Below are positions 51,234 through 63,507 of a stretch of DNA of 64,000 bases, in pieces. Numbering within the stretch: position 1 is the stretch's first letter; the number at the start of each line of letters is the position of its first letter. The DNA is from Macrostomum lignano (Eukaryota), in assembly GCA_002269645.1 (NCBI GenBank), contig NIVC01000184.1:372001-436000 (forward strand), read 5' to 3'. Below the pieces are notes generated by a model that was not told the origin of the DNA, searched no databases, and saw nothing but the letters and a program-made list of their open reading frames with translations. The position numbers were made by a program, and so were the translations under genes.

Positions 51234-51644
51234 TCGGCGAATCGGCTCCAACTAGAAACAACATGCTTGCAATGGCGACAAGCAAGAAAGCCGGCAAGAA
51301 GGGGGATGCAAAAACTAAAAAGATTGCCAAGGAGGTCGCCACGAAGGTCGCCACGAAGGTCGCCACGAAGGTCGCCACGAAGGTCGCCAAGAAGGTCGCC
51401 AAGAAGGAATCCAAGAAGGTCGCCAAGAAGGTCGCCAAGAAGGAATCCAAGAAAGCCGCCAAGAAGGGCGGAAAGAAAGGCGCCAAGAAAGGAAAGAAGG
51501 CCAAGAAGGGAAAGAAGGCCAAGAAAGGAAAGAAGGCCAAGAAAGGAAAGAAGGCCAAGAAAGGAAAAAAGGGCAAGAAGGGAAAAAAGGGCAAGAAGGG
51601 CGGCAAGAAAGGCGGTAAAACTGCTCCTGGATGGGATTTTGATT
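51234..51644 (+). CDS. Secreted lysine-rich protein, exon 2 (VATK/VAKK/AKKGKK repeats)
   Basis: Acceptor TCTTTTAG|TC in frame (L-GESAPTRNN...); donor GAT T|GTGAGT. Confidence 0.88.
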
Positions 51645-51725
51645 GTGAGTACTCTCTGCTGAAACATGTCCCATGAGTAAATTAGCAACCACTATAGTAC
51701 ATCAGCAAAAACCTTCAAATTTTAG

Positions 51726-51730
51726 ATTAA
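51726..51730 (+). CDS. Secreted lysine-rich protein, probable micro terminal exon (Y-stop)
   Basis: Acceptor AAATTTTAG|ATTAA gives ...WDFDY-stop (154 aa); unspliced read-through to 51676 is the alternative. Confidence 0.55.
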
Positions 51731-52382
51731 GCCCGACAACATTCAAGCGACATCAACTCAATCTTGCCTATCAACCGTGGCCTAGAAGAAAAGCATGCAG
51801 TTTACATTATGCCGAAAATTCTGAAAGGAACCATTGGGAACCTTTTTTAAAAGTATCAAGTACGACACTCATATTGGACGCTTATATTTAAATTAATAGG
51901 TGAAAATTTCTTTCTATGTGGTGTTCAGTTCCTCGTTTGATAGGTAGGGATTCAATACTTGTTGAAATGATGATTTTTACATAAAATTTAATTAAAGTCA
52001 ATAAATTTAACAAAAATAAATGAAATTGGTTTTAAGAAGTTATAAAATTAGGATTGGGACCTTGGAAGCTTTAAAATCTCTAGATTGTTTGTAAACAATT
52101 TTTCGTTAAATTTGTTTAATTATTTTTAAATCCGAAAAATATCATGTTTGTTCTTTGCTTATAAGTACAGCAGTTTAAAGCTCTAATGATCCTATAAGCA
52201 GGCCGTCTTATTTATTTAACATTTTCACTGTACATTCTTTCCTTACTACTCAATAGTACGCAAGGAAGGAATCAAAATAAAAACTCGATTTTCCTCATGA
52301 AAATTGTACAAGCGTAAGCTATGTGCACTTCTGGATTCTATATTTTCTCTATGAAATTTCTCTATCAACTTCTCCTATGTGA

Positions 52383-52525
52383 AGCACCCATTTTACAGCT
52401 TGGGTGAGCTGAAGAAATGCAGAGGTAGGTGTCTTCCTCAAGGACACAAATTGTTCCAAGCGGGTCGAGAATCGAACCCCCGACCTTTTAGTCGTGAGTT
52501 CGACGCTCAACTACTAGACTATATT
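52383..52525 (-). mobile_element. CORE-like SINE family A, partial
   Basis: tRNA head plus CORE-like block homologous to 34890-35050. Confidence 0.7.
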
Positions 52526-53299
52526 GTCAAATGGTCTAGACAACAAGTGAGACAAAACACTAAAGATTGCTATCATAGCCAGAGCACATTAATGGCTAAT
52601 TATCTGACAAAAATTACACATTGCTTATCTAATTAATTAGCATTCAAAAGGTTCGTTCTAAACCATTAATGCGTCGTCCATGGCTCAAACTGATGGGTTT
52701 GCGACTTCATAACTTCATAAGGACACTGGAAAAGTTTCTTCTACAAGCTAAATTCGAACATTCATTCGGTCTTAATCGCTTTAAAATAATGTCGTCGACA
52801 GTCATACTTGGGAATTCGCGACATTAATATTTAAAAGCTCTATTAGCGGTATGAAACGTTTCACCTGCCAAAGACATAAATGCATGACGTAATACAGTTG
52901 AATTCGTTGATACATAGATAAAATAGGTACATAAAATACATTGATAGAGACATAAATAGAACAGGGACAATGAAATGTTTCTCTACAACACAAATGGGTA
53001 CATAGATTACCGGTAACCTAAACAACGTGACTTTTGCATGCCGTATCCCTCGTTGTTTTTGCATGTATACCCTACCTGTATTTTGAAGTCAGCGTTTTTA
53101 GCCAGTACTGCAATTATGTGGCATTTTATACATTTGAGTATGAGAAATGTACACAAAACTACATTCTATATTCGCCTATAGTATTAATTAAGCAGAGTTA
53201 TGATCCCACTTTGACTGCGCCATCCGTCTTAAGCCTAACAAGAACTCATCACTAACAGGAGCATTTCTAAGCTGCAGTATACCCCCTTCCGACGCGCCC

Positions 53300-53385
53300 G
53301 AGAAAACGACGCGCCCGCCTCCAGTCCGGGTTGCTGTATCACAAACACCCGGCTTCTTCTGGAGGGAGCAGTCCATCGCCAACTT
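53300..53385 (-). pseudogene. Relic fragment of the PAN/C-type lectin family
   Basis: Encodes RRSRVFVIQQPGLEAGAS versus RRGRVFVKQQPGLEAGAL in the intact paralogue. Confidence 0.7.
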
Positions 53386-54612
53386 TCTTACCTAACAGCG
53401 CCAATTGGTATGCACATGCTGGTTAATGTCATTTGAGGCGAATCAAGCACCCGCCTTAGTGGGCGGGGACCGGTGGCGCGGCGTCATCTATTTGTGCAAA
53501 CAGACATCAAACACAGTAAAGACACCACTAAATACGATCATATTTGAGCCGCAGTTAAGCCTGCATCTACCATCGCATGGTACAGAGGAACGATTCGATA
53601 TCAGCCGTAAAACTCTAGTCCAGTTCAGTGTCACAGATACCCATCATTTGTCAAGCGATTAAAAAGTGTCAATAAAAGAATTGAAAACAGCGATGGATCC
53701 ATTTTAAGTAACTTTTTGTGAAAAATTCCAGCTCCCTATGTTATACAACTGAAAGGTAAAAGTTTAAAGCCGGCAAACTTCAATAAAAGCTTAATGGCTA
53801 GCAGTAGATTCGGTCAGTCTTTGTATGACTCGTAAGATTTCTGAGCTAAAAGTAGCGCTAATGGGCAATAGCCCGTTTAAACTGCGATCAAACGGACCCA
53901 GATTTTATTTGATCACGCGGCGTAGTACATTTTTAAACCTCTCCATCGCTTACCCGTACAATAATTTTGGTAATTTTACAATTTTACACTATGCCGATGA
54001 GTGACGATGCTCTGTATATTAAAATTGTATTAAAAACTAACGAAGGTAATTGGTTTTAAATTCAGGGGAACAAAAAAGAGTCTGAAGAAGAAGTACCCTT
54101 TTGTCAGCGACGCGTCCATCCATGTCGGGTACGACGATTAACGTCGGAATGTTGCACGGGTTTGTACATTGGTCGAGCGATTTTCTGGCTCCTTCATGGC
54201 GATGTGAATGAGACTTGAGTTTTAAATGCCTTGTTTTTATATGCGTCGCATGCAGTCCACATAAGGTACTAAGTCGAAAAGCATAGAAATTGCTGTTTCA
54301 CCACTGCAATACGCTCGTACCAGTCGAGATTTTGCTGGAAAATTTTTAATTTTACTAACAAATAAATCTAGAGACCAAATAGTAATGAAGAACTCGATTT
54401 TAGATTTAGCTATCTATTCCATTTATTTTCCTGGATATTTTTTTACATTTACTGCTGCACTTGTTCACTTTTTCCAACAAAAAGTTGTTCTTTAATTTAG
54501 ATGTGCACACAATATTTCAAAAACCATCAAGCTATCCATTGTCATGAAAACTTAGAAAAAGGCTTTGCTCAATATCTGCTTCACACGCATGCACAGGATG
54601 CAGTTAGTTTAG

Positions 54613-55359
54613 TCAGTTAAATGGCGACACGCACTCGCACAGGGCATTCAAGGCGTAATTTTCCGGAACATCGACCAGGTTTTTTACGTTCGGTACGCGA
54701 GCTACAAAACTTTCACTTCCGCCACCGTTATTGGGATCAGGTTTGCACCACAGGCTGCCGTCAATGGGGATGTTGCAGCCGACCCAGTGCCAGCCTCCGG
54801 CGGGTTCAGCGCTGCCGGCTTGCTGCAACCCTCCGAGATAGAAGGCCTCTCCTGAGCTGCGCAAATCGTGAATCTCGTCTACGTGGCTCATCTCGGTAGC
54901 GTCCACCACATCCGCCATGATCACCAGACCGCTCTCCGACTCGCACTTCTGTCTGCTCTCTGACCAGATTCTAGTGGTGTTGTACACCTTGTACTTCACT
55001 CCGCACAGGTCGTCTCCGTAGCCAGACGGACACAGCGCGCCCGCCTCGAGTCCCGGCTGCTGCTTCACAAACACCCGGCCTCTCCTGGAGCAGCCGCAGT
55101 CCCTCACCGACTTGCTGCACTTGTCGAACACGAACAGCTGGCACGGACCGTCAGCCAGGCTGAACGCCTGACAGCGCCGGTTTCGGTTGCACAGAGTGGC
55201 GCACCCGATCTCAGAGTGCGAGCCACCTAGAGTCTCAATAAAGTCGCTCCTGATGCACAGGTAGCCGGTGATCAGGTTGTAGGCGTCCTGCATCGCAGCT
55301 GGAGCTTGCAGAGACAGCAGAGCCAAAATGACTTTTGATTGGAGTCCGAGTGCTTTCAT
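54613..55359 (-). CDS. Secreted PAN/apple + C-type lectin domain protein (intact, intronless, 248 aa)
   Basis: Signal peptide; CATLCNRNRRCQAFSL...CQLF apple motif; WSESRQKCE, FYLGG, GWHWV, LVDV and ALCE C-type lectin motifs. Confidence 0.92.
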   Translation of the reverse strand: MKALGLQSKVILALLSLQAPAAMQDAYNLITGYLCIRSDFIETLGGSHSEIGCATLCNRNRRCQAFSLADGPCQLFVFDKCSKSVRDCGCSRRGRVFVKQQPGLEAGALCPSGYGDDLCGVKYKVYNTTRIWSESRQKCESESGLVIMADVVDATEMSHVDEIHDLRSSGEAFYLGGLQQAGSAEPAGGWHWVGCNIPIDGSLWCKPDPNNGGGSESFVARVPNVKNLVDVPENYALNALCECVSPFN

Positions 55360-55619
55360 TGTAGATTTTGGCTACTTTGAGCTTGTTGTCATAAAAGGTG
55401 CTTGATGTTACAGCAAGAACAATCTGATGCATCGCCAGCCCGTGCTTGTGCATGCATTTTATACGGCTCGAGTTGCAGTCACTCATTGGTTGAATGATGA
55501 TGAGCGAACCGCCAATCCCATTGTTTGGGATGCCAATTGTTACTGGTTGGAGGATTTGTGTTTAGTGAATCAAATACACACGTCCATATTTCATATGTAC
55601 ATTATAGTAACTATTCTGC

Positions 55620-56250
55620 CTCATCTATTCTCTCCAGTCTCTGGGAGTCGAAGAAAATGGTGAACACACTCTTCCTGTTTCTGAAACCTGCCTTCATGAT
55701 CTTCAGGCCTGAGTTAGCTTCGGTCAATCAGACTATGTTGGACTGCTTGTCCTTCACCGTGATGGAGAAAATCCAACATTCGTCGCCTGTCATTATGTCA
55801 GCCAGCCTTCTGGAGCCGTTGGGCTTGAGCATCTGCAGCCACTGCAGTCGGCAGAAACGCACACGCTGTGAGCATGAATGCGGCACCAAACGCGCGCATA
55901 TGTCTTGGTGCGGTCAAACTGCTCATATGCATGATTTTGTGAGCGGCTGCCGTTGCTCACACCAAGCTAGTATAGCCAACCTTAGCGTTAGGCTCCGCTT
56001 CAGCTCAGGCTACACCGACCCCCTCGGTAACAGTCGTCCGATCAGGTCATTCAGATTGGCTCTCGTCTGGGACACTTAATCAACCATCGGAAACGATATT
56101 GGCGCATCCAGCGCGCAACGGGTGTGAAATGACGGTGGAACTTCATCAAAACTCTTTGCCCCAGCAGCATGCGCTTTTAAACTAAACAGCGAATTTTTTA
56201 TGATTCCATGGAGAAGCTAAAAAACTGGAGATGGTTAGAGACGCTATGCA
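55620..56250 (-). mobile_element. Mariner transposase remnant
   Basis: Degenerate TVARW, KICARLVPH, IMTGDECWI (first catalytic Asp box) and KSVFTIFFD motifs with stops and frameshifts. Confidence 0.8.
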
Positions 56251-57289
56251 GTCAAACAGACTACGAGCGTAGTTGAAGCAATTCATGTATTGGAATGAAG
56301 CTCCATTCAGTGCAAGCTAGAGTGTGTCTGTCTGGCCTGTCACTTTTATAGATATGATACCAGTCTGCTATACTATAGTTTTCCCAGAAATTTTCTCCGT
56401 TTTCTTCTGTCTCCTGGGAAAGCAGCATATTGCAGTTATTTTTCGACTCAATGGCAGCTGTCATTGTCACAGTTCCAATTCAAAGTTTATTTGTCATTTT
56501 TAGCTATTCTTGTAGAGGATTTTTTGCAGTAGAAAACTTACGCCGCTTATTATCCCGTGTTACCTGAGAAATTAACTGTCAGTTTTAGGAGGCTTGTAAA
56601 ATTTAGTCAGTTTTTCGTTTTTTGGCAACAATCATCTTCGAGCGTATTAGCTCTGATCACCTTTTTATGAGCGAAGATTAAAATTGCAAATTAAGCAAAT
56701 TGTCTTTCTGAGGTGTCTCACAAGGAATCTATGTTAAAGAATGATAAGAAAGATGCTGCACCAGACAAAACTTGCCTACTATGTGCAACATGACCTCCCC
56801 TAGCAAATATAGCTTGTTTAAGTTATAGTTGCTTCGTTCTACGAGTAATTGCAAGAACAAACAACGATTTCAAAATTGAGATACCAACAGAAATTCCTGA
56901 GCAGACTCAACACGGAACGACTCGACATTAATTGTCAGTGGTTACGTAGTTGTCCACCTTCGAATATCAATAATTGGCTCTTCATTCTTCTCTTCAGACT
57001 CGTTCTCATCGCAATCAAATGGTGCATTGGCACCACACAATGGATTTACGAAAAAAAATTAACGATAAAAAATACAATCCGTGTGTTCATGCAAATCTTG
57101 CCTCATTCCATATTAGTGGGGAAAGAGCCTTAAAGCTTTTGTTTGGAGTTGACAGTTCCTTTTATTGTTTTGCCATTACCAAATAACTGAAACTTCGCAC
57201 TCGTGTCTAGGTCCTTGCCGCACTGAGTCAGTGTGTAATATACATCTTCTATTACTTCTGCGTAATATCTGCTCAATTATAACTTTAAG

Positions 57290-58020
57290 TCAGTTGAATA
57301 GCGACACGCACTCGCAGAGGACATTCCTGGGGTAGCTATCAGGAACATCGACGAGTTTGTTCATTCCCGGAAAATAAGCCACGACGTTTTCCAAGCCGCC
57401 ACCGTTGGGCTCTACAGCCGCCCACAGGCTGTCGTCAATGGGGATGTTGCAGCCAACCCAGTGCCAGCCTCCGGGGGGTTCAGCGCTGCCGGCTGGCTGA
57501 AACCCTCCGAGGTAGAAAGGCGCTTCAGGACTGCGCACACCATGAATCTCGTCTACGTGGCTCATCTCGGTAGCGTCCACCACATCCGCCATGATCACCA
57601 GACCGCTCTCCGACTCGCACTTCTGTCTGCTCTCTGACCAGATTCTAGTGGTGTTGTACACCTTGTACTTCACTCCGCACAGGTCGTCTCCGTAGCCAGA
57701 CGGACACAGCGCGCCCGCCTCGAGTCCCGGCTGCTGCTTCAAAAACACCCGGCCTCTCCTGGAGCAGCCACAGTCCCTCACCGACTTGCTGCACTTGTCG
57801 AACACGAACAGCTGGCACGGACCGTCAGCCAGGCTGAACGCCTGACAGCGCCGGTTTCGGTTGCACAGAGCGGCGCACCCGATCTCAGAGTGCGAGCCAC
57901 CTGGAGTCTCAATGAATTAAAGTCGCTCCTGATGCACAGGTAGCCGGTGATCAGGTTGTAGGCGTCTTGCATCGCAGCTGGAGCTTGCAGAGACAGCAGA
58001 ACCAAAAGGAGCGTCATCAT
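57290..58020 (-). pseudogene. PAN/apple + C-type lectin paralogue with 5-bp insertion frameshift at ~57914
   Basis: Near-identical to the 5' part of 54613-55359; CAATGAATTAAAGTCG versus CAATAAAGTCG; EPN motif in the lectin domain. Confidence 0.85.
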
Positions 58021-58037
58021 TGTCGGCTGATTTTCCA

Positions 58038-58240
58038 TGCAAGAATGGCATTCTTGCACTCTTTTGCGTGCAGGAATGGATGTCTATGGTAAAATCTCAC
58101 TGAAAAAGCATTAGGCGCAGAATGCATTCCTGCACGGTTTTGTGCATTCCTGCACGATGAATCATCCGACAATGGAATTCCTTCACGTTCACTCGTGCGT
58201 GAAGGACATCGTGCACTCGTGACCGTGCAGGAATATATCA
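58038..58240. repeat. Cluster of ATTCCTGCACG-type motifs in both orientations, including a 21-bp palindrome
   Basis: TGCAAGAATG-G-CATTCTTGCA at 58038-58058 followed by ~6 further copies. Confidence 0.7.
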
Positions 58241-60728
58241 TTGTTACATGCAGGTATGGTTTATTTGAACTTATTATCATAAACGATGCTGAAGAGTATT
58301 GCTACAGTAAGCACAAGCTGATGATGCATCAACAAGCTGCGTGCTTGTGCATGCATTTCATGCAATATGATAAACAGTCGCTCATAGGTTGAATTGGACC
58401 GTTTATAAAAAAAGCTTTTTTATTTGTTGCATCTGCTTTTGAAGATAAATGTTGATATCAGGCAATGGGAGTTTTTATGCAGGTCCTATATGGGCGTGCT
58501 ATTTTGATTGGATGCTGAGAACTTAGCTAATTCATGCATGTAAAAATATCCTTTTTTGCATAAGTTATGCGTATACATGTGCAGTGCTCATACAAATGGT
58601 TCCGGAGCAAATATTGTCTTCACATCTGTATACTTTGTCAATAAAGCTTTCTTGCTGCTAAGTTCGGTACACACAGCGTATATAAGGAAACTCTTTCGAT
58701 GAAAAAACTTTATTATTGATGCATGCATGTGACACGTGCGATACGTGTGAATGCAGTTAAGTTACATGTATATACGTAATTTAACGCTTAATTTTAAACA
58801 TTGGAATCAATTAGTACACAATTCTTGCACCCATATTGCTTCAGTCAGTTGCATGATTTTACTTGTATATATTATATAGCACCAAGAGTTTTCAATCTCG
58901 CCAGCTGGTAGTATTTTTATTCATTGCATTGATTCATGATAATAAAAGTTGCACCGAATGGATTTTCAAATTCTTTACAATTGCAGTACATTCGGAAAGA
59001 TATATAAGAATGAAACTTAATTTACAATGAAAAGAGAAATAAAAGCCATCATTGGATAAAAGTACGCATTCAGATCTTTTAATCTCGATGTACGAGACAA
59101 TTTATGCATGAATAGGATCAATTAAAAGGATATTTCTCATTTCTTGATTCGTCGACCTGCCAAGAGTTAATGGCATTTAGTGGCATACTACACTTTTGAT
59201 AAGAGAATCGAACTGTTTTTTAAATTATTAACTGTACATATAATTAACAATGTACAAGTAGTCATATGCTATGAACTATATAACGTTTGTCTTATTGATG
59301 TTGTTCTGGAGGTTCATATTTTTTTATACGAGCTCGTATTTTTGGGGTTTTTACTAATTTAATTGTACATGTATTTTTTCATTATTTAATGTACATGAGC
59401 CAACCCCCCTCTCTCTCTGCTAACCTCACCCCCACGTTAAATATTAATTAAAAAGGTCGTGATTTTGGTAAGCGTGCTTTTTGCTAAGTGGTGGTTTGTT
59501 TTTGTTTGCCTGCGCGAGAACGCAGAGGTATTGAAGGCTACAAACATCCGATTTTTGCCTACTTAACTATTTTTCGGTTTTGAAGAGTTACTCGATTTAA
59601 CAGATGTATTCCGCCAAGCCTGTTCGACCTACCACTGTTTGAATGTTTCCTATGCTTATGATGGAACGTGCAGGTGCCCATTTTTATATCTAAAAGCTAA
59701 TTGGAAGCCTATGGGGCACATTTCTATGAATATTCGTTATATCACGCCGATTTTGGCGTTATCGAGATACTGTATCAAATTAAACATTTCAACAGTTTGC
59801 GCGAATTTAACTTGCTTTGATGTTGGCAATTTTAATTAATTTTTCAGTCGGGGCCATTGCGTGTTAAACTTTACTTCTGACTGAAGCAGTTTACCGAACG
59901 TGTTAAGTTTGCTTCTGTTTGCACTCCATTTTCATATTGAACTTTTAACTGCTTCTTTAAACTTCGAACTTATAACTTCAAACAAAATGTAAGTTTGAAG
60001 AAGTATGTGAACAAGTAATAATGTAAAAAGCAAGTTTTATCATGAGTACTCTAATTTGCTATGCGCATTTTGAAAATTCGAAACAGATTAAACGAATGTA
60101 TAATTTGAGTTATTAGGTGAAATAGCAGATACTTTAATTTTAATTGGGTAATATTTGATAGTATAGTATATACTGTATAGATTTAGCATTCAGGGTTTAA
60201 GCCAATCACCATTGAGACTAAGATTTTTTACTACTAGCTGTAAAGTTTTGGCTAGATCTTATAGTACACCTTTCTATATATATAACTATGTAAGGATGAA
60301 TAAATTTAGGTATTTTTTACAAATCAATATACACATAAAGTTAAATATATAGTTATTGAAAAAAATCATGATGTATCTAGCTAGGGGCCTAGTACTCGTA
60401 TTAATGTATTTGAACAATCAGGAACTGGATTTATTGTTTCTTTTATAACTAAAGCCAATAAGCATATGTTTATTTGAATTGCATGATACTAATAAAATGC
60501 CTATAGAAACTTCTTTTTATCTAAAACCCTTGGTTAGATTTCAATTTCTTAAAAATCTTTGTTTCCAGTCAAATTTTTGCTTTTTTACTGAAATTCAGCT
60601 CTAGACTACTAGTAAAATATATTAGTGTTAAAAATTTAAGTTAAATTAAATTTGGACTTAACATTTTAATTAGAAAATTTTGCTACTCTTCATTGATTTT
60701 AAAACTTCAACTTTTCAGAGTTGTTTAT

Positions 60729-60855
60729 ATGGCGCACAAAGATGCCTTAGACCTGAAGCTCACAAAGGAGTTACAAGACATTCTCAGCAATAAGCCATAT
60801 AAGCTTTCAAAAGAGTTCAGTCAAGATGATCTGGCAATTGACAATAAATTCTTAG
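60729..60855 (+). CDS. NUDT18: Nudix hydrolase NUDT18-like, coding exon 1
   Basis: ATG after acceptor TTTTCAG; donor G|GTAATT, phase 1 matching the next exon. Confidence 0.7.
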
Positions 60856-60914
60856 GTAATTCAACATTTACTTGATAACCTTGATTGTACTTTAGATTAC
60901 AATTAATTTACATA

Positions 60915-63507
60915 TATATATTATATATATATTAAGACGCAGAGGGGAGGCCCCTTGCGCGCACGCGTTCGCAGAACAGGCGGGAGGGGCAGGCAGCAGC
61001 AGCCTGAGGGGTCAGCTCAAGCGCCTGCAAGTCAGCGATGAGGCAGTTCATTAGGGTGGCAGTGCGAGCCTGGCCACGGCGCAATTGTTCGGTCGGCCGG
61101 TGCAGCATGGCCAGGGCCAGAGGGACGGGCGCGCCGCGACCCAGGGTCCGTAGGCAGTGGCCCAGCAGCATCTGGCGGCGCCGGCGCAGTATGGCACTCA
61201 GGGGCGGAGTTCCGGCGCGGGCCATCAGAGCGTTGGTCGGCAGGCGATCCGGATAGTGCACGCCCAGCGCGTAGCGCAGCAGCGATCGGTAAAGCGCGTC
61301 TAGGGCTCGCTCTCGCGTTTCGGTCAGCGGCACAGCCTCCATGCCGTACAGAAGAATCGGCTCGACGGCCGTGCGAAACAGGCGCACCTTCAGGTCGTCT
61401 CTGGCAGCTGAATTAAAAACGTTCCTGAGGAGGTGAGCGGCGCGCCAGGCCTGATTCCTCCTGTCGGAGACAATCGCATCGGGGCTCATCACCAGGGCGC
61501 CGAGGTACCGGAAGTCCTCGCACACCGCGATGCGATCTCCATTGGGCAGCGTTAGAGTTGGGGCGGTATTCGTGCCCACGTGCAGCGCCTCCGTCTTGCG
61601 AGCATTCACCAGCAGCCCAACACGGGCGCCCTCGTCGCACAGCCTTGTGAGAGCGCGCTGGGCCGCAGCTGGGTCGCGGCAGAGCAGCGCGATGTCGTCA
61701 GCATACGCGAGAGCGGGAAGCGAAACATCAGGGTGTCTGGAGCTTCGGCGTGGGACCAGCAAGTAGCTGTCATCCTCGCGGAGGGACCGACGAAGCACGT
61801 AGTCCACAACCACGAGGAAGAGCAGAGGAGCCAGCGTGTCACCCTGAAGAACGCCTGAGCTGGTGCCGAACTCTTCTGTGGGGCCGTCGCTCGACATGAC
61901 AAAAGCCCTGGAGTCGCGGTAGAGGTCCATCACCGCACTCACCAGCGCAGCAGGCACGCCATATTGCGATAGAAGCCACCGATCGCAGGCCTGGACACCG
62001 AGTCAAACGCCTTGCGAAAGTCGACGAAGATGATTGACACGGAGCGCTGGCGGGTCTTGCAGGCCTCGATGACAGAGCGGATGGTGGCAACCTGCTCGGT
62101 GGTGGACCTACCCGGGCGGAAGCCGCTTTGGAGGCTCAGCAGCAGCGGGTTGAGGCCGGGCAGCAGGCGGTTGCGCAGAATTGCGTTCAGCAGCTTCGGC
62201 GTTGTGCATTCCAGTGCGATGCCCCGCTGGTTGTCCAGGCTGGTGGAGGCGCCTTTCTTCGGGATGGAGACGATCTTGGAGGTGCGCCATTGCTGAGGAG
62301 CTGAGGCGGTCTCGTTGCCTCCAAGGCTGCAGTGTTTGTTCAGCAGGCTGGTGATGGTTGGGGTGAGTTCGGGCAGCTTCAGGACCCTGGGAGGGATGGC
62401 GTCCACCCCAGCGGCGGCATCAGCTCGCATGGTCCTCAGTGCTCGGTCAACCTCGCCTGCAGTGATGGGGCCGGTGTTGAAGGCGCTCGGCTGGGCTGGA
62501 GTGAAGTCCGGGATTGGCAGAAGAGGCGCAGTTGGAGCGGGCGCGTTGAGCACCTCGCGGTAGTGGGCGGCCAGTAGAGCCTTGCGGTGCTCGGTGGAAT
62601 CGGCGCCGACGATGGTGCTGGGCCTGGGTTTCCTGCCTGTCAGCTGGTTGATGGCCCTCCAGGCAGCGCTATGGCGGCAGTTGTCAGTGGCGAGTTGGAT
62701 TTCGCTCACAACCTCTTCGATGAAGGCTTCAGTCCGTTGGGCGTAGATGCGCTGCAGCTCGTCCCTGGCAGCACTGGACTGGTCGCTGTCATGGCCGTGG
62801 AGTGCAGCAGTGCTCTGCACATGCCGCCTTGCCTGGGAGATGACGGGATCGCGGTCCCACAGTGTCTTTGGATGGTTTGCCTGTCTCCGTGGGAGAAGCG
62901 CTGCAGCATCCTCAACAGCGTGATGGAAAGACTCGAAGGACTCGGCTGGAGCAGGAGTGGCGGCAAGCAGCTTGCGAAGGAAGGCCTGCCGCGTGTCCGG
63001 GTTTCTCAGGTCGGCCCAGAGCGGGTGAGGTGGCGCAGGCCGGAGCTTTTGCCAGTGCAGGTCGAAGTCGCATGCCACCAGGCGGTGATCAGATTGAACG
63101 CAGTCGGGGCGGATATTGAGGACTCTGCGCACCCTGGACCTCAGACCAATTGGGCAGAGAATCCAGTCCAGCCGAGTGGTTCGCCCGTTGGGACCAGAGA
63201 AAGTTGGGAGCTTGCTGAAGCGCTGTTGCAAGGTGCCGTTGACAGTTATCAGATCTCTGGCCTGGATAAAACTAGATAGAAAAGGAGAGTTGGCATTGGG
63301 GGTGCCACAGCTGTTCTTTACCAAGCGGCCGTCAGCTGGCAGTGGCGAGTTGAAGTCACCAGCGACAATGACAGAATCACGAGCAGGGAGGGAATCAAGC
63401 GTGCAGCCCAGGGTGTCGTAAAGGGCTTCTGTCTCAGATGGATCTTCGCTGGTCCGAGGGGCCGTTGGGGCATAGACGCAGATGACTTGCAGATGAATTG
63501 CAGACGC
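60915..63507 (-). mobile_element. RTE-like LINE, 5'-truncated (APE endonuclease + RT), in NUDT18 intron 1
   Basis: VYAPT, GDFN and SDH endonuclease motifs; FVDFRKAFDSV, QGDTLAP and YADD RT motifs; (TA)n tail right after the stop; 10-bp TSD AATTTACATA (60905-14, 63508-17); one frameshift at ~61975. Confidence 0.95.

Noticed and set aside
51263-51676. Histone H1 or protamine call
   Set aside because: No globular H15 domain, and an in-frame upstream signal-peptide exon exists.
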